From NCBI GenBank assembly GCA_963709405.1, contig CAVPXM010000050.1:1-64000 (forward strand): 64,000 bases of DNA, in the 5' to 3' direction. Below are positions 1 to 11,970 of the stretch, piece by piece. Every line of letters begins with the position of its first letter. Positions within the stretch are counted from its first letter, which is position 1. The DNA is from an uncultured Nitrososphaerales archaeon (GTDB lineage Archaea > Thermoproteota > Nitrososphaeria > Nitrososphaerales > Nitrososphaeraceae). The notes beneath the pieces are model-generated. The model was not told where the DNA came from, made no database searches, and worked only from the letters and a program-made list of their open reading frames with translations. The translations under genes were made by a program, and so were the position numbers.

Positions 1-152
1 TTGTTTGAACAATGTAAAATGAGTAATATCCATATTCTACTGTTTTAAATTCAGGTGGTGTGACACACCTTGATAGAAATACTAAGGAACAAACTGTCGC
101 GGGAGCCGATGAAGAAACTTAAGATTTATTTATTGTTCCTCCCTTTAATGCA

Positions 153-665
153 TTATATTGGTCGAATAAGGAGAATCGGACAAGGAGCCATTTCTGACAC
201 TTTTCTCGAAACACTTCCTAAAGGAAGCCATAATATTCTTTTGACTGGGTTTTTAGGAGCAGTGTTCCGGCTACTCATTACGATCAGGTCTACTTTATGT
301 TTCTTCGCATAGTCAACAATCTTTGCTGCAGCATTATCACCTACTGCAACATGAGTACTTACTGAAAGATCTTTTTTCTTTCGATCATTGCGAACCGTAA
401 CTTCTCTTTCCAAAACTTCCATTCTGGAATTAAGTATTCTTTGGGTGGTAGCTTCCATCTGTTCATAGATTTCTTGATAGGGAGTTAATGAAGTAAAGGT
501 AATTTTTCTATGTCTAACTGGAGAGTGAAGTAGAGGGATAGAAGGAATAATGTGCAAAATAATTATATCACTCTCATATAGATTTGCTATGTCTATAGCG
601 TACCCCAGTGCGTGATCTGATGATTTAGTAAGATCATGGGGTACAAGTATCTTTTTGAATGGTTC
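153..665 (-). CDS. Universal stress protein (UspA family); 5' start unclear or frameshifted
   Basis: The frame of ORF 153..557 extends upstream as FKKILVPHDLTKSSDHALGYA; C-terminal IVDYAKKHKVDLIVMSSR...LGSVSRKVSEMAPCPILLI is the USP signature. Confidence 0.85.
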   Translation of the reverse strand, partial: EPFKKILVPHDLTKSSDHALGYAIDIANLYESDIIILHIIPSIPLLHSPVRHRKITFTSLTPYQEIYEQMEATTQRILNSRMEVLEREVTVRNDRKKKDLSVSTHVAVGDNAAAKIVDYAKKHKVDLIVMSSRNTAPKNPVKRILWLPLGSVSRKVSEMAPCPILLIRPI

Positions 666-742
666 TGTAGGCCGCCCGACTCTTCATCAATTATCACTTT
701 CTCTTTCTATTTTGCCCTCTTCATGCTTGACAGATTCCTGCT

Positions 743-1045
743 TCAACAACATACTTCTTTCGAGCCAAATCCATTAATTTTCTTGTGAAAATTATTCCAA
801 AAACTACAACCGTGATAGCAAAAAGAAATGATGTCCGCTGTTAATGCTGGTTCTCCAATGCCTGTCGCTATATCTAGGATTCGTTGTCCTGGCCTAATTT
901 CTGCAAGTTCAATTAATCTATTACTGAGGCTTTGAGCGGCCTTCTCAATATGTGGCCACCATATTCGATAGCCTTGAGCAGCGCTATCCCAGATTTGACC
1001 TCGACCGATCTTAGACTGATTAGGATCAAAAGAAGCAGATGCCAT
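743..1045 (-). pseudogene. Class I SAM-dependent methyltransferase, N-terminal fragment
   Basis: RPGQRILDIATGIGEPAL (motif I), then unrelated sequence and an early stop. Confidence 0.75.
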
Positions 1046-1301
1046 ATTATCGAAGTTAACATGAGATATTAATATATTTCACACGAAATCTTACATCAAT
1101 TGGTCCCAAATGAATACGTGCGTCCCCTTCTAGTACTTATTTTTATCGTAAATATTTCAGATCTAACATTACTAAAAAACACAGCCGAACTAACTGTATA
1201 ATTATCGTTCATAACATAAGATACTATGGAAGTAATATATCTAAAATATCTATTTCAACTCCTTAATTGAGATATACCAATACGTTACGATCACAATACA
1301 G

Positions 1302-1556
1302 ATGAAAAGTCAAATGATAGTAACTATCATTGCAGTCGCAGTACTTGCAGGCATGTTAATAACTGCAGCGGCAGTTAGTCAAGATGTCTTCGCAAAGTGT
1401 AAGAAGAAGTATCGCAGTAGTAGCACCAATAAACAAACAATTGCTCAAGCCAACTTTTGTGGGAATGGAAATTTTCCATTTAATATCAAATGTCAGAACT
1501 TAGCCAACCAAATCCAAGGCGATGGTAACGCAGTCAATGTGATAGGCTTACAGTAA
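1302..1556 (+). CDS. Small secreted protein with a Cys pair (Nitrososphaera-type)
   Basis: Signal peptide ending VFA; QANFCGNG...NIKCQNLANQIQGDGNAVN tail. Confidence 0.7.
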   Translation: MKSQMIVTIIAVAVLAGMLITAAAVSQDVFAKCKKKYRSSSTNKQTIAQANFCGNGNFPFNIKCQNLANQIQGDGNAVNVIGLQ

Positions 1557-2078
1557 GACAATGAAAAAAATTTATTATATCACAGTAGGGAAAAATGGTT
1601 GAAGTCTAACTAGCATAGACTTGGTTATACCGATCCATCATGTATTTTTTCGGATCCCTTATTTTTGGTGGATAACTTATTTCTTTTGTATACGTATTAG
1701 TAAAAAGACGATAAGGTCATTATGAAACCTAAATGTAAGTGGGTTAGTATTCACTATGATTGCAGCAGTAATATTGTATACCAACAGCAACATTTTGTCT
1801 AACAGCTATGGCAATCAAATTGGCAACAACTACAATCAACGCATTTAATTTTCACATTACATATATAAGATACTACGATAAAATATATTCTCTTTTTTAT
1901 TTCATAAGATAGTTACATGCCCTTTAAAGAACGCTTTTGAGCCCCTATCAACACCATAAAATGAAATAACTATTCCAAGATAAGTACGAACAAGGTATAA
2001 ATCAAATTACACTATGCGGCACTAAAATGAAAAATCAAGCTCTTAATATTAATCTTATACTATACTTATTGTGTTATC

Positions 2079-2216
2079 TGCTTTGTTGCACGAATCCGAT
2101 ATTAGTCAACTAACTTTGAAACATTCAGCTAAAAAGGAGTAATCCGCATTTGGCCTATTCCTGAGAGTACTAAAAGCATTGCAAGATGACGATCTTTCTG
2201 AATTATGCACAAAGCA
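2079..2216 (+). mobile_element. MITE copy 1 (138 bp)
   Basis: Ends TGCTTTGTTGCA...TGCACAAAGCA; flanked by direct repeat GTGTTATC at 2071-2078 and 2217-2224; near-identical to the copies at 10996 and 18512. Confidence 0.95.
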
Positions 2217-2580
2217 GTGTTATCGGGTATAAATTATTCACAACCTTGAAATAATTTATGTATTACAATGGCAAGTCATATTAAATGATCATTACATATT
2301 TATAATTATTACCTGAAGAGACTGTCGATTCTTATGATGAGATATCTTGAAGGTTCATATCAACAAAATGGAGAATCAGTAATGTGCATATTTGTTGTAG
2401 TTAGCTTTCTAATTATTGTGTGTTTTCAATTTATTGTTCCAAATACACTTCACTCATTGGCTAACTTTTACGACGTTATACTTTCAGCTAGCAATTTAAT
2501 GACATGGTATGTGCATATTCCCAACGCTTATGCTGAGACTATAAATGATTCACAGAAACTAAATATTATAGGTAATATCG

Positions 2581-4384
2581 ATGACGGCACGTATAACACG
2601 GCAACACCTAGCAATAATAATAATAATGCTTATAGAAATAGCAGATTCTAATCAGAATTGGAGTATAAATTTTATAAACTTAGTAGTTGATTCTGCATTT
2701 TCTGTTTATAGGATGTTTGCCGCATTAGGATTATCATTTGTTGCTGCCATTCTAATTGGGATCACTGCTGCAAGAAAGCCTTTGGCATCTAAGATAATTG
2801 TCCCAATCATAGATATTCTACAGTCAGTTCCCATTCTTGGATTCTTCCCTGCAGCAATTGCCTTTTTCATCACATTGTTTAATGGAAGCCCAATCGGGAT
2901 AGAACTAGCAGCTATCTTTCTGATATTTACAAGTATGGTCTGGAATATGATATTTTCAGTCTATGAATCTGTACTGTCTATTCCATCAGAGTTGTTAGAA
3001 GCGTCCTATGCATATAGAGCTAATCCATTATTGCAATTAAGGAGGCTTTACTTACCTGCTAGTATACCTAAACTGATTTACAATGGCATGATGTCCTGGG
3101 CTGGGGGCTGGTATTTTATTACAGCAGCTGAAATCATATCATTAGGATCCAAAACATTTGTACTTCCAGGCCTAGGAAGTCTACTTGGTCACTCAGTCTC
3201 TTCTGGACAATACGTACAAGCCTTAGTTGCACTTGCTGCACTGATTCTAATAATTATGCTAACTGATCTCTTCTTTTGGAGACCATTAGAATCATATGCC
3301 AACCGCTTCAAATATGATTATGCATCAACTTCTCTTGATGCTGCTGCCCCTAAACGTCATCACGGTCGTTTTACATCGTATTTCTATAATGAAAATATTT
3401 CTAGGTATGTCTTCAATAGCACTGCAGCACTCTCATCAGTTCACTTGTCAAACTTTTTTATTAGAAATCCGAGGCCCTTGGTATATATAAAATCTAGTAG
3501 GATAATAGAAACAATTGCTAAAATATTTTATTCCTTTGAATTATGGCTATTTCCTATCATTCATCGATTGCTTGATAAGAAGAGAAATCTACTACTAATT
3601 GAGATTATTGCATTACCAATTCTGATATTAGTCATAATTTTTTTTGCCATTCGAGAAGGTGATGTAATCTACAAATCCTTTTCGTCTTTATCCAATATGT
3701 ATTTGTCTCTTTATAAGGATCCTAGAAGCCTAAAAGTAATTTCTCAAATTCCATTAGCGCTATTGTTGTCATACATGAGGTTAGCTGCAGCCTATTTTTT
3801 GTCGTTAGCATGGACAATACCTGTAGCTATTAAGATAGCAAATAATCCAAGATTTGATCGTATAATGCCCATATTTCAAACCTTCGCGGCTATTCCTGCT
3901 CCTGCATTCTTTCCATTTATGATTATTGTTGTAAATTATGTTCCAGGAGGGTTTGAATTCTTGTCTATATTGTTGATATTAACTGGAATGCAATGGTACA
4001 TACTATTCAATCTAATTGGGGGGGTACGATCTATCTCTGGAGATATAAAAGAAACAGCTAGAGCATTCAAGGTTGGTAGGACTCAGTATATCAAACGGGT
4101 TTTGTTTCCCTCTATGTATCCCTCATTTATAACTGGCAGCATAACAGGTTGGGGAGGGGGGTGGAATTCTCTGATTGTAGCAGAATATCTTGTATTTGGA
4201 AACAAGACATATTCTGTATTGGGTATGGGATCGCTTCTGGATACAGCTACGTAACAACATAGGAAATACAATATTGCTTCTTCTAATAGTTGGCGTAATG
4301 TCGACAGTAATCGTCATGATTAATCGTTTAGTTTGGAGACGAATCTATAGAAATGTAATCAGAAAATATAGTATGAATGCCTAG
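2581..4384 (+). CDS. ABC transporter permease (NitT/TauT type, two TM domains); frameshift near 4250
   Basis: DILQSVPILGFFP and a second EAA-like repeat (GDIKETARAFKVG); the last TM helix (NTILLLLIVGVMSTVIVMINRLVWRRIY) continues in another frame to 4384. Confidence 0.88.
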
Positions 4385-4501
4385 TGCATAACTGATATTA
4401 TAAAGGAACATTCACATTTTTAATACTATAATAAGAACAATAATTTCTCGAATAAGAATCGTTTTCTATATATTAATGTATGGTATGATATATCATATGA
4501 T

Positions 4502-5422
4502 GTGTACTGTCTCATGAAAGTTGACAAATATGATGTACTGAAGGGCAATTATTTTGAACATCAATCTAAAAGCGATTATCGTGTAAGTATAGAAAATGAC
4601 CCATCATCCTTAATAAAGAATGTTGAAAATATGCACAATAAACTTTTTCAAGATGACTCCACTCCATTGCTGGAGCTTAGAAACATTACTAAAGAATTCA
4701 TAGATGATAATAGTAAATGTATTAGAGTTCTGAATAATATTAGCCTTTTTGTAAATCATAATGAGTTTGTCTCAATAGTAGGTCCATCAGGTTGCGGTAA
4801 GTCTACATTATTGAGGATTATCATGGGATTAGAAAAATATACCAACGGAGAGATTCTATTCAAAGGTCATTCTATGAAAAGTGATGGAACTGTAAATCCG
4901 TATATGGCGATAGTATTCCAATCATTTGGTCTTTTTCCATGGTTGACTGTAGTTGAAAATGTAGAGTTTGGATTAGAATCCATGCATATCCCAAAAGTTC
5001 AAAGACGAGAAAAGAGCCTTCGTATTATTCAAGACGTTGGTCTAGAAGGTTTTGAGGATGCATATCCCAGAGAATTATCTGGCGGAATGAAACAAAGAGT
5101 GGGTATTGCAAGGGCGCTTGTCATGGATCCTGAAATACTTGTCATGGATGAGCCATTTTCTTCCCTTGATCCTTTAACCGCTGAAGCATTAAGAGAAGAA
5201 ATCTTGAAAGTTTGGAGTAATAAGCTTGCGACGCCAGAAGTTGTTATAATGGTGACCCACAACATCGAGGAAGCTGTTTATCTTTCAGATAGGGTAATAA
5301 TTCTGAGTCATAGGCCTGGATCAGTTTTGAAGGAGGTTAAGATAAATATACCAAGAACTCGTGAGAAGAGGGACAAATCAATATATGAGTATTCTGACTA
5401 CATTACAACGATGATTTCATGA
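4502..5422 (+). CDS. ABC transporter ATP-binding protein (NitT/TauT family)
   Basis: Walker A GPSGCGKS, signature LSGGMKQR, Walker B ILVMDEP, H-loop VTHN. Confidence 0.95.
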   Translation: MYCLMKVDKYDVLKGNYFEHQSKSDYRVSIENDPSSLIKNVENMHNKLFQDDSTPLLELRNITKEFIDDNSKCIRVLNNISLFVNHNEFVSIVGPSGCGKSTLLRIIMGLEKYTNGEILFKGHSMKSDGTVNPYMAIVFQSFGLFPWLTVVENVEFGLESMHIPKVQRREKSLRIIQDVGLEGFEDAYPRELSGGMKQRVGIARALVMDPEILVMDEPFSSLDPLTAEALREEILKVWSNKLATPEVVIMVTHNIEEAVYLSDRVIILSHRPGSVLKEVKINIPRTREKRDKSIYEYSDYITTMIS

Positions 5423-5519
5423 TAAAAGGTTTCATTTTCGCCTACTGAATAATTATTAATTATCTTATATTGATAGAATCACACTGGCAAATAAAAATGC
5501 ATATATGCTAAGATAATGC

Positions 5520-5935
5520 AAATTCTAGGAAGTTAAAGTTAGGTTTAATTAACGTACAAGAAGGAGAAGTAAGCATAACTGAGACATGTCATCTCTTTCT
5601 TGTCTGCCAGCCCAAAAGTGAGAAAAAAAATGTTAAGAGATATCATAGTTAATTTTGATATTTTTAAGAAGATAATTGACCTGGTTAGGAATAGCCGAGA
5701 TGGATATATTACAAGAAATGAATTGTTGGAATTTATTTCTGGTCATTATACATCATTTATTACTGATTCTACCGATGAAAATCCCAGCGACTTTGATTGG
5801 CTTGTTGAGTGGGGAAGACAGGGATTGATACTAAATTATGATGCCAATGATGTATTGTTCTATAAACTACAATTTTTCAGGATTATGACATTTATTTACC
5901 TGGTTGCAATCACTATTTTTCTTTCACTAGGTTAG
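5520..5935 (+). pseudogene. AAA-associated domain protein of NitT/TauT systems, degraded
   Basis: LGLINVQEGEV...LSASPKVRKKMLRD...FDWLVEWGRQGLILNYDA directly after the ATPase; 5' part broken. Confidence 0.6.
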
Positions 5936-6369
5936 CCTCTTAGTCACTAACTATGGCCATTGTCGTCACCATCATCACATCATTATTATTTTCCTGTACT
6001 TTATTTGGCCAAAGGAAATTATCTATTGGTAGGAGCTACCAGCAACATGACTTGGAAAGCCTCAGACAACCAAACTTGGACTGGAAGTCCAGCTACCAAT
6101 CGTACATATCCTGAGAACTTGAATGGTAAAAACGACACTGCCACTGGCACGATGACATATGAGGAGAATTTTGCACACTAGTCAATCAACTATCAAGCAG
6201 CATAGTTTTTTTGCTGCTACACGCTTTTTATTTGTATGCTACATTTGCTACAAGTCCAATTGGCAAAGTCCTTTCTTTTTCAACAAAATAAATGAAGAAA
6301 AATGGTACGCCTATTTTTTTAACATTTATATCCTATCCTAGGCCATAGGATATAAGGGTAGAATAAAAG

Positions 6370-8490
6370 ATGTTAGGTGCCTGTGAATATAAACCTTACC
6401 GTAAAGAACAGGAAGAGATTATTGAAAGAAAACAAGAGCAGAAAATCAAAAAGATAGAGATACTTCGATTGGCTGGGATAGCAATAGTAATGATATTTGT
6501 AGCGTGGATGCACCTGTTACAGCCAACATGGCTAGCAAATATTGTAGTCGCTATTGCAGTAATAGTTTGTGGATATCCTCTGTATAGAGAATCATTGTCT
6601 GCATTGAGGAAGGGTCGGGTCAACATGGAATTATCGATGGTGATAGCCATTGTTGCATCACTTACTTTATCACAATTTCTTCCAGCAATTGCAATTACTT
6701 TTTTTGCACTTTTAGCCGAATTTATTGAAGGATTCATTATAAAAAAAGGAAGAAAAAATATCGAAGAACTTTATAGGCATACTCCCAGAAAAGCAATTGT
6801 AAAAAGACAAAATAATCACGAAAATGAAGAGAATCTAACCACCCAAGAAATATCAATTAGTAATGTCATCATTGGAGATATCATCATTGTAAGAGAAGGA
6901 GACATTATACCTGTAGATGGTCATATCATAAGCGGCATTTCCACAATCGATCAATCCAGTATAACTGGGGAGAGCATACCAATAGATAAAAATATAGGTG
7001 ATTGGGTGTTTGCGGGAACTATTAATTTAACCTCTCAACTTATGATAAAATGTGAAAAGCTATCCATCGATACTACTTTTGCAAAAATAATTCACTTAGT
7101 GGAAGAAGCAGAATCTTCCAAAGCTCCAATACAAAAGTTAAGTGATAGACTTGCTACAAGATTAATACAATTTGCCATTGGGTTATCAATCCTTACCTTT
7201 ATTGTTACACAGAATATAATATCTACACTCTCCGTAATAGTAGTCGCAGGTGCTTGCGGCCTAGCGGTAGGTACTCCAATTGCATTACTTGCAACTAATA
7301 GTAAACTTGCAAGAAAAGGGATAATAGTAAAAGGAGGTCTACAGATTGAAAACCTAAAGAATGCAGGAACCATGGTTTTTGATAAGACAGGTACGTTAAC
7401 AGCTGGCAAGCCTATTGTTTCACAAGTTATCTCATTTTATCAAAATATTGAACCAAAAATGGTTCTGGAATATGCAGCGATAGCTGAGAAAAATGTTAAC
7501 CATCCCATAGCAACAGCTATCAAGGAAAAAGCGACAGAGGAAAAAATCGAAGTTAATGGGAATAGTAATCAGTATATAATAAGGAACAAGAAGAACAGTA
7601 ATCTGGTAAGTGTTGGTAGAGGAGTTACTTTAGCTACTCAAAATGGCCACAGGATAAGTGTAGGCAATACGAGGTTTATGGAAGAGCTATTGTCAGTAAC
7701 CAATGATGAACTTGAGGTATCACATATGAATTCAAAATTTTTGCTACCGCTCAATGTACAATTCTATAGATACCTTGTAAATAGCCACAATCAAAATTCT
7801 GATAATAATACTAAAAGAATACAGCTATTTAAAAAATCAGATATTAACAGTATTACTCACAATGATCTTTTATCTGCGTCAATGACTACTACTTTTGTTT
7901 CATTAGATGGAAAAATAATTGGATGTATATTACTTGAGGATAAACTACGAAAAGAAGCTAAACAGGCATTATCAAAAATGAAATCAATGGGAATAAACCT
8001 AGTCATGCTTACAGGAGATAATGAAAATGTAACAAAAAGAATCGCAGAGGATGCAGGTATTGATAAATTCTATGCTAACCTACTTCCACAGGATAAGGTT
8101 GCAAAAATTGAAGAAATTGTAGACAGACAAAAGAGAGAAAGAAAAGGAAAAACCATGATAATGATTGGAGATGGTATAAATGATGCTCCTGCACTTGCTA
8201 AAGCCGATGTTGGAATAGCTATGGGAAAGACTGGAACAGACATAGCAGTTGAAATAGCCGATGTTGTTCTAATGGCAGAAGATTTAGACAAGATACCTTA
8301 TATACTGAGAGCATCTAGACAATCTTTATCAGTTATACGACAAAACTTTTTTGGAACGTTATTTGTAGATGGTTTAGGATTTATACTGGCATTTATGGGT
8401 ATAATTAATCCTTTACTGGCAGCCATGATACATATTGGTTCTGAACTCATATTCATAGCAAATGCTGCTAGACTCATAGTTGATAATTAA
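6370..8490 (+). CDS. P1B-type heavy-metal translocating ATPase
   Basis: TGES, DKTGT, HP, TGDN and GDGINDAP motifs; TM metal motif is GACG. Confidence 0.95.
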   Translation: MLGACEYKPYRKEQEEIIERKQEQKIKKIEILRLAGIAIVMIFVAWMHLLQPTWLANIVVAIAVIVCGYPLYRESLSALRKGRVNMELSMVIAIVASLTLSQFLPAIAITFFALLAEFIEGFIIKKGRKNIEELYRHTPRKAIVKRQNNHENEENLTTQEISISNVIIGDIIIVREGDIIPVDGHIISGISTIDQSSITGESIPIDKNIGDWVFAGTINLTSQLMIKCEKLSIDTTFAKIIHLVEEAESSKAPIQKLSDRLATRLIQFAIGLSILTFIVTQNIISTLSVIVVAGACGLAVGTPIALLATNSKLARKGIIVKGGLQIENLKNAGTMVFDKTGTLTAGKPIVSQVISFYQNIEPKMVLEYAAIAEKNVNHPIATAIKEKATEEKIEVNGNSNQYIIRNKKNSNLVSVGRGVTLATQNGHRISVGNTRFMEELLSVTNDELEVSHMNSKFLLPLNVQFYRYLVNSHNQNSDNNTKRIQLFKKSDINSITHNDLLSASMTTTFVSLDGKIIGCILLEDKLRKEAKQALSKMKSMGINLVMLTGDNENVTKRIAEDAGIDKFYANLLPQDKVAKIEEIVDRQKRERKGKTMIMIGDGINDAPALAKADVGIAMGKTGTDIAVEIADVVLMAEDLDKIPYILRASRQSLSVIRQNFFGTLFVDGLGFILAFMGIINPLLAAMIHIGSELIFIANAARLIVDN

Positions 8491-8609
8491 TAGTTCAATA
8501 ATAAAATATCCAACAATCTCTCCTTTAAGTAATAGATATAATGGTAAATGATGACAACCAAAAAAGTTAGATATTGGATTATCTATCCGATGACTTAAGG
8601 AGAAGATAG

Positions 8610-8873
8610 ACAATAACACATCATAAACGACCAGAATTGGCAAAAAGATTGGCAAGAATCGAAGGTCATGTTAAGGGTATCAGGAAAATGATTGATGAAG
8701 ACAAGAACTATGCAGATATAGTACAGCAAATCTCTGCTGTTCGTGCAGCATTGGATGGCGTAATAGAGGTCATGGTTCAGGATTTGGTTGAGTATTATGT
8801 TAGTCAAACTGCGGATAATAAAGGAAAGAAAATAGCCATAGAACTAAAGGATACGGTCTCAAGGATTCTCTAG
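8610..8873 (+). CDS. CsoR/RcnR-family metal-sensing repressor (atypical ligands)
   Basis: HHKRPELAKRLARIEGHVKGIRKMIDEDK..ADIVQQISAVRAAL; directly downstream of the P1B ATPase. Confidence 0.85.
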   Translation, partial: TITHHKRPELAKRLARIEGHVKGIRKMIDEDKNYADIVQQISAVRAALDGVIEVMVQDLVEYYVSQTADNKGKKIAIELKDTVSRIL

Positions 8874-9165
8874 CTTATAGTTATACAATACTTTAACGAT
8901 TATTAGTTGAAATAAGCGTTATAGAGATGTTTATTCCGTCTGGTTGATAGAGAGATTGTTTTTCCAAATTCAAAATGCACGCCTACCTATGCAATTTCCT
9001 TGTCCTATTTGATTGGTTGGAGTCTTATTTCTAATATTTATCCAGTATGTGCTGCAATCCGATATCCAATTAATGCTGCTTCGATTTCCTCTGCTGTTAA
9101 TAATGCCATACAGGTGTTCTGATAGCGACACATAAGGGTATTAAAAGAGTAAGTTAAGATTTCTA

Positions 9166-9522
9166 ATGATAATGATAATGGATCGAATGGCAGACAAAAT
9201 AACGCCAAAGGAACTGCAAGCAAGAAAAGATGAATACGCGATAATAGACGTACGAGAAGCTGATGAATTAGAAGAAGAAGGCAAAATAGATGGAGCAGTC
9301 AATATGCCACTCGGACGGTTAATGAGAAATGCAAGACATGGTGACCTAAATGAACTTGCGAGAAAGAAAATTTGTACTTACTGTTCTGGTGGATACAGAG
9401 GAAATATGGCTGCAGATGAATTAAACAAGCAGGGATTTGATTCTGCTGTAACTATTGAAGGAGGCTATTCTGCATGGAAAGATGAGAAAAAGAAAAAGGA
9501 TGATGGAGGTAATAATAAATAG
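9166..9522 (+). CDS. Rhodanese-like domain protein
   Basis: IIDVREADE..G.IDGA; active loop YCSGGYRG; IEGGYSAW. Confidence 0.9.
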   Translation: MIMIMDRMADKITPKELQARKDEYAIIDVREADELEEEGKIDGAVNMPLGRLMRNARHGDLNELARKKICTYCSGGYRGNMAADELNKQGFDSAVTIEGGYSAWKDEKKKKDDGGNNK

Positions 9523-9524
9523 CA

Positions 9525-9756
9525 ATGAGTGAAGTCTGGAATAAAGTCTACAAATCAGACAATACTTTCTTTGGAGAGGAACCTAGCAACTTTGCATTAC
9601 TTTGTTTTAATCATATGAAGGCTGACAACGTAAAGAAAGTATTGGAATTAGGTGCAGGCCACGGTAGAGATACAACATTTTTTGCATCAAATGCAATTGA
9701 AGTACAGGTACTAGACTATTCTGTAGTTGCGATTGACATATTAAACACGATAGCAA
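9525..9756 (+). pseudogene. SAM-dependent methyltransferase, truncated
   Basis: FFGEEPS...VLELGAGHGRDTTFFA; homology ends at ~9756 where an opposite-strand gene fragment begins. Confidence 0.8.
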
Positions 9757-9946
9757 CCTACAGTCGCGATCGTAACTACAGCCCACCAAAAGGAGTCACC
9801 TAAATTCGTTATATTAGCACCCTGATGTTCGTGTTCTGCCAGATATACAGCAATGCCCCCACAAATTATAATTAATGAAGCAAGAACTGCTAAAATAATA
9901 ACAGTCATGTTTGTTCTTACTAATGTATAGAGGTGATTAGTTGTCA
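9755..9946 (-). pseudogene. Potassium channel (KcsA-like) fragment
   Basis: TM helix, then GANITNLGDSFWWAVVTIATVG, cut just before the YGD of the selectivity filter. Confidence 0.8.
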
Positions 9947-10995
9947 TAAGAAACACATTTCTTACGTTATTGGGGTATATAATAACAGACTCTCTTAAGG
10001 AATGAAACTGGTTGCTGTTATTTATAACCACAGCCTTGCCTCTTTCCATCTGGGTGCTCTGTATGGATGAACTTGACTTCAGTCTAGGAGGTCCTGTAAA
10101 GAAGATTGATGCTAGTGAATGAGCAAGGTTGTGTCGGAGACACATCGGCGAGTTTAAAGAAATAGAATTATTTGAATGGGCTAAACCAATGATCAAATCT
10201 GAGATCTTCGTAGCTAACACAAAATGCTCAAGAGAGTAGGTATACCGATTGTTACAATTTTTCTGGCTCTGGTTTTAATACTGTTGGTACCTACCCTTGC
10301 AGGGTTAAATCGCATAAGCAGAAGTATTGTTGATGCAGAGAATAATTACTATACTGATCGTAACAATATTGCGAGCGGGCTAGGGAATTAGATCAATGGT
10401 ATTTTTAAGGATTTTATATGACGAATAAACTCAACCGTTTCTTCCTGTAGTGATATTGGATTGTCTACTTTTACAGATACGAGCCAAAGTATTATATCAA
10501 GTAACGGCGATTCTAATATTGCTTCTATGCAAGGCCAAATCGGTGGCAGTAGTTTTATATCAAGCACGAGCAGTGGCTCCAGTAACGATGCAGTCTCCAG
10601 TACGTACCAATTCAGGTATTTGCTAAATAATGCTTACATAGTTAGTAATCACCTGTTATCGTAAATATGGGGGATATGAAAATTATCAACGAAAGAAAAT
10701 CAGATTACCTGCATAAAACATCAATTCTATTCCTCTAATGAATCAATAGTTCAAATTGGAGCGATCGATGCACTTGCAGCATATGGAAAACAAGCATTAA
10801 ACGCTCCTAACTGAAGTCATCAACACACCTAGTATAGACAATCAGGTCAAGGCACATGGATTTAAGACTATTGAAGATATCAAGAAAGATTCTTTGAGTT
10901 GATCTGTCTGTAGTTTAACAGCATTGTAATATCATTAGTAATTACTTTGTAAAGTGAATATGATTATTATGACAAACTAATTTTATGACTACAGC

Positions 10996-11136
10996 TGCTT
11001 TGTTGCATAATTCAGAAAGATCGTCATCTTGCAATGCTTTTCAGTACCTCTCAGGAATAGGCCAAATGCGGATTACTCCTTTTTAGCTGAATGTTTCAAA
11101 GTTAGTTGACTAATATCGGATTCGTGCAACAAAGCA
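10996..11136 (-). mobile_element. MITE copy 2 (141 bp, inverted)
   Basis: Reverse complement of copy 1; perfect TIRs TGCTTTGTTGCA/TGCAACAAAGCA; flanks ACTACAGC (10988-10995) and ACTACAGG (11137-11144), 7/8 identical. Confidence 0.95.
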
Positions 11137-11706
11137 ACTACAGGATGAAATCTTGGATAAAGATCGTGAAGCGTTTATACTCTTTAATCGACAACCCGTA
11201 TATTTTGTAAAGTTGATTCTCGTCTCTCGTCTTTTATAACATAAATATCATTCTAGTCTAGGGAGTCTAGGGAGTCCCTACATAGGAGGTGACAATCTTC
11301 ACAGTTGCTTTTCCCCCCCAAAAAACTCTCCTGTCTAAACAAGAGAATACAACTGCATCTAGTTGTAACTCGACTAATATTCATTTACTCATTCACCTTC
11401 ATCGAACGATATTTAACATCAGAATAGTCCACTGGGGCTCTTTTCTCATTTCCTTGTAGCGAATTACCCCCTCTGTGCCCTTGAGTTAACGAGCTATCAC
11501 TTGAAGTCTAGGTGTCGCCGACTGATAGATTTATCTACCGGTAAAAATGAATTAAGTATTCATCTTTACGAAGACTATAGGTCATCGAAAAGGTAGACGT
11601 GAAGAGTCTTCTGGTATGTAAGAATGAAATTACGTCAGTGATATTCCCATAAGAATACTCTAGATAGTCAATTTAGAACGTTCGTAAAACATTACGTCAT
11701 CCTTTT

Positions 11707-11970
11707 ATGCTAGGATCACTACCGCTGTGCCATATGAGTACCGAAGTACAAAGTATAGAAATTGCATATTACATTCTTTTTATATGTTCCCATGCATTTG
11801 CTATGCGACAGAGGAACGTCCTTAATGATAACGAATGGGAAGGATGGCTACATTGGATGAAAAATTGTTTTAAGTATGGAACTATAAATGAACAATGGAA
11901 TCTAATACGGTCAGAAGGATGGCTCAATCCTATTTTTGAGGAATTCGTAAACAAGGAAATAATTGGATGA
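11707..11970 (+). pseudogene. C-terminal fragment of a conserved Nitrososphaera hypothetical protein
   Basis: AYYILFICSHAFAMRQRNVLNDNEWEGWLHWMKNCFKYG has protein-like composition; the N-terminus looks missing. Confidence 0.45.

Noticed and set aside
1722-1848. Possible second small secreted peptide gene after 1302..1556
   Set aside because: A signal-like frame appears only after assuming one or two indels, which is too weak to call.
2334-2651. 105-aa ORF upstream of the ABC permease
   Set aside because: No recognisable motif and it overlaps the permease start; it may be a frameshifted 5' part or spurious.
9741-10220. 159-aa ORF as a full-length channel or novel fusion
   Set aside because: Only the last ~65 codons are channel-like; the upstream part looks like a chance open frame.
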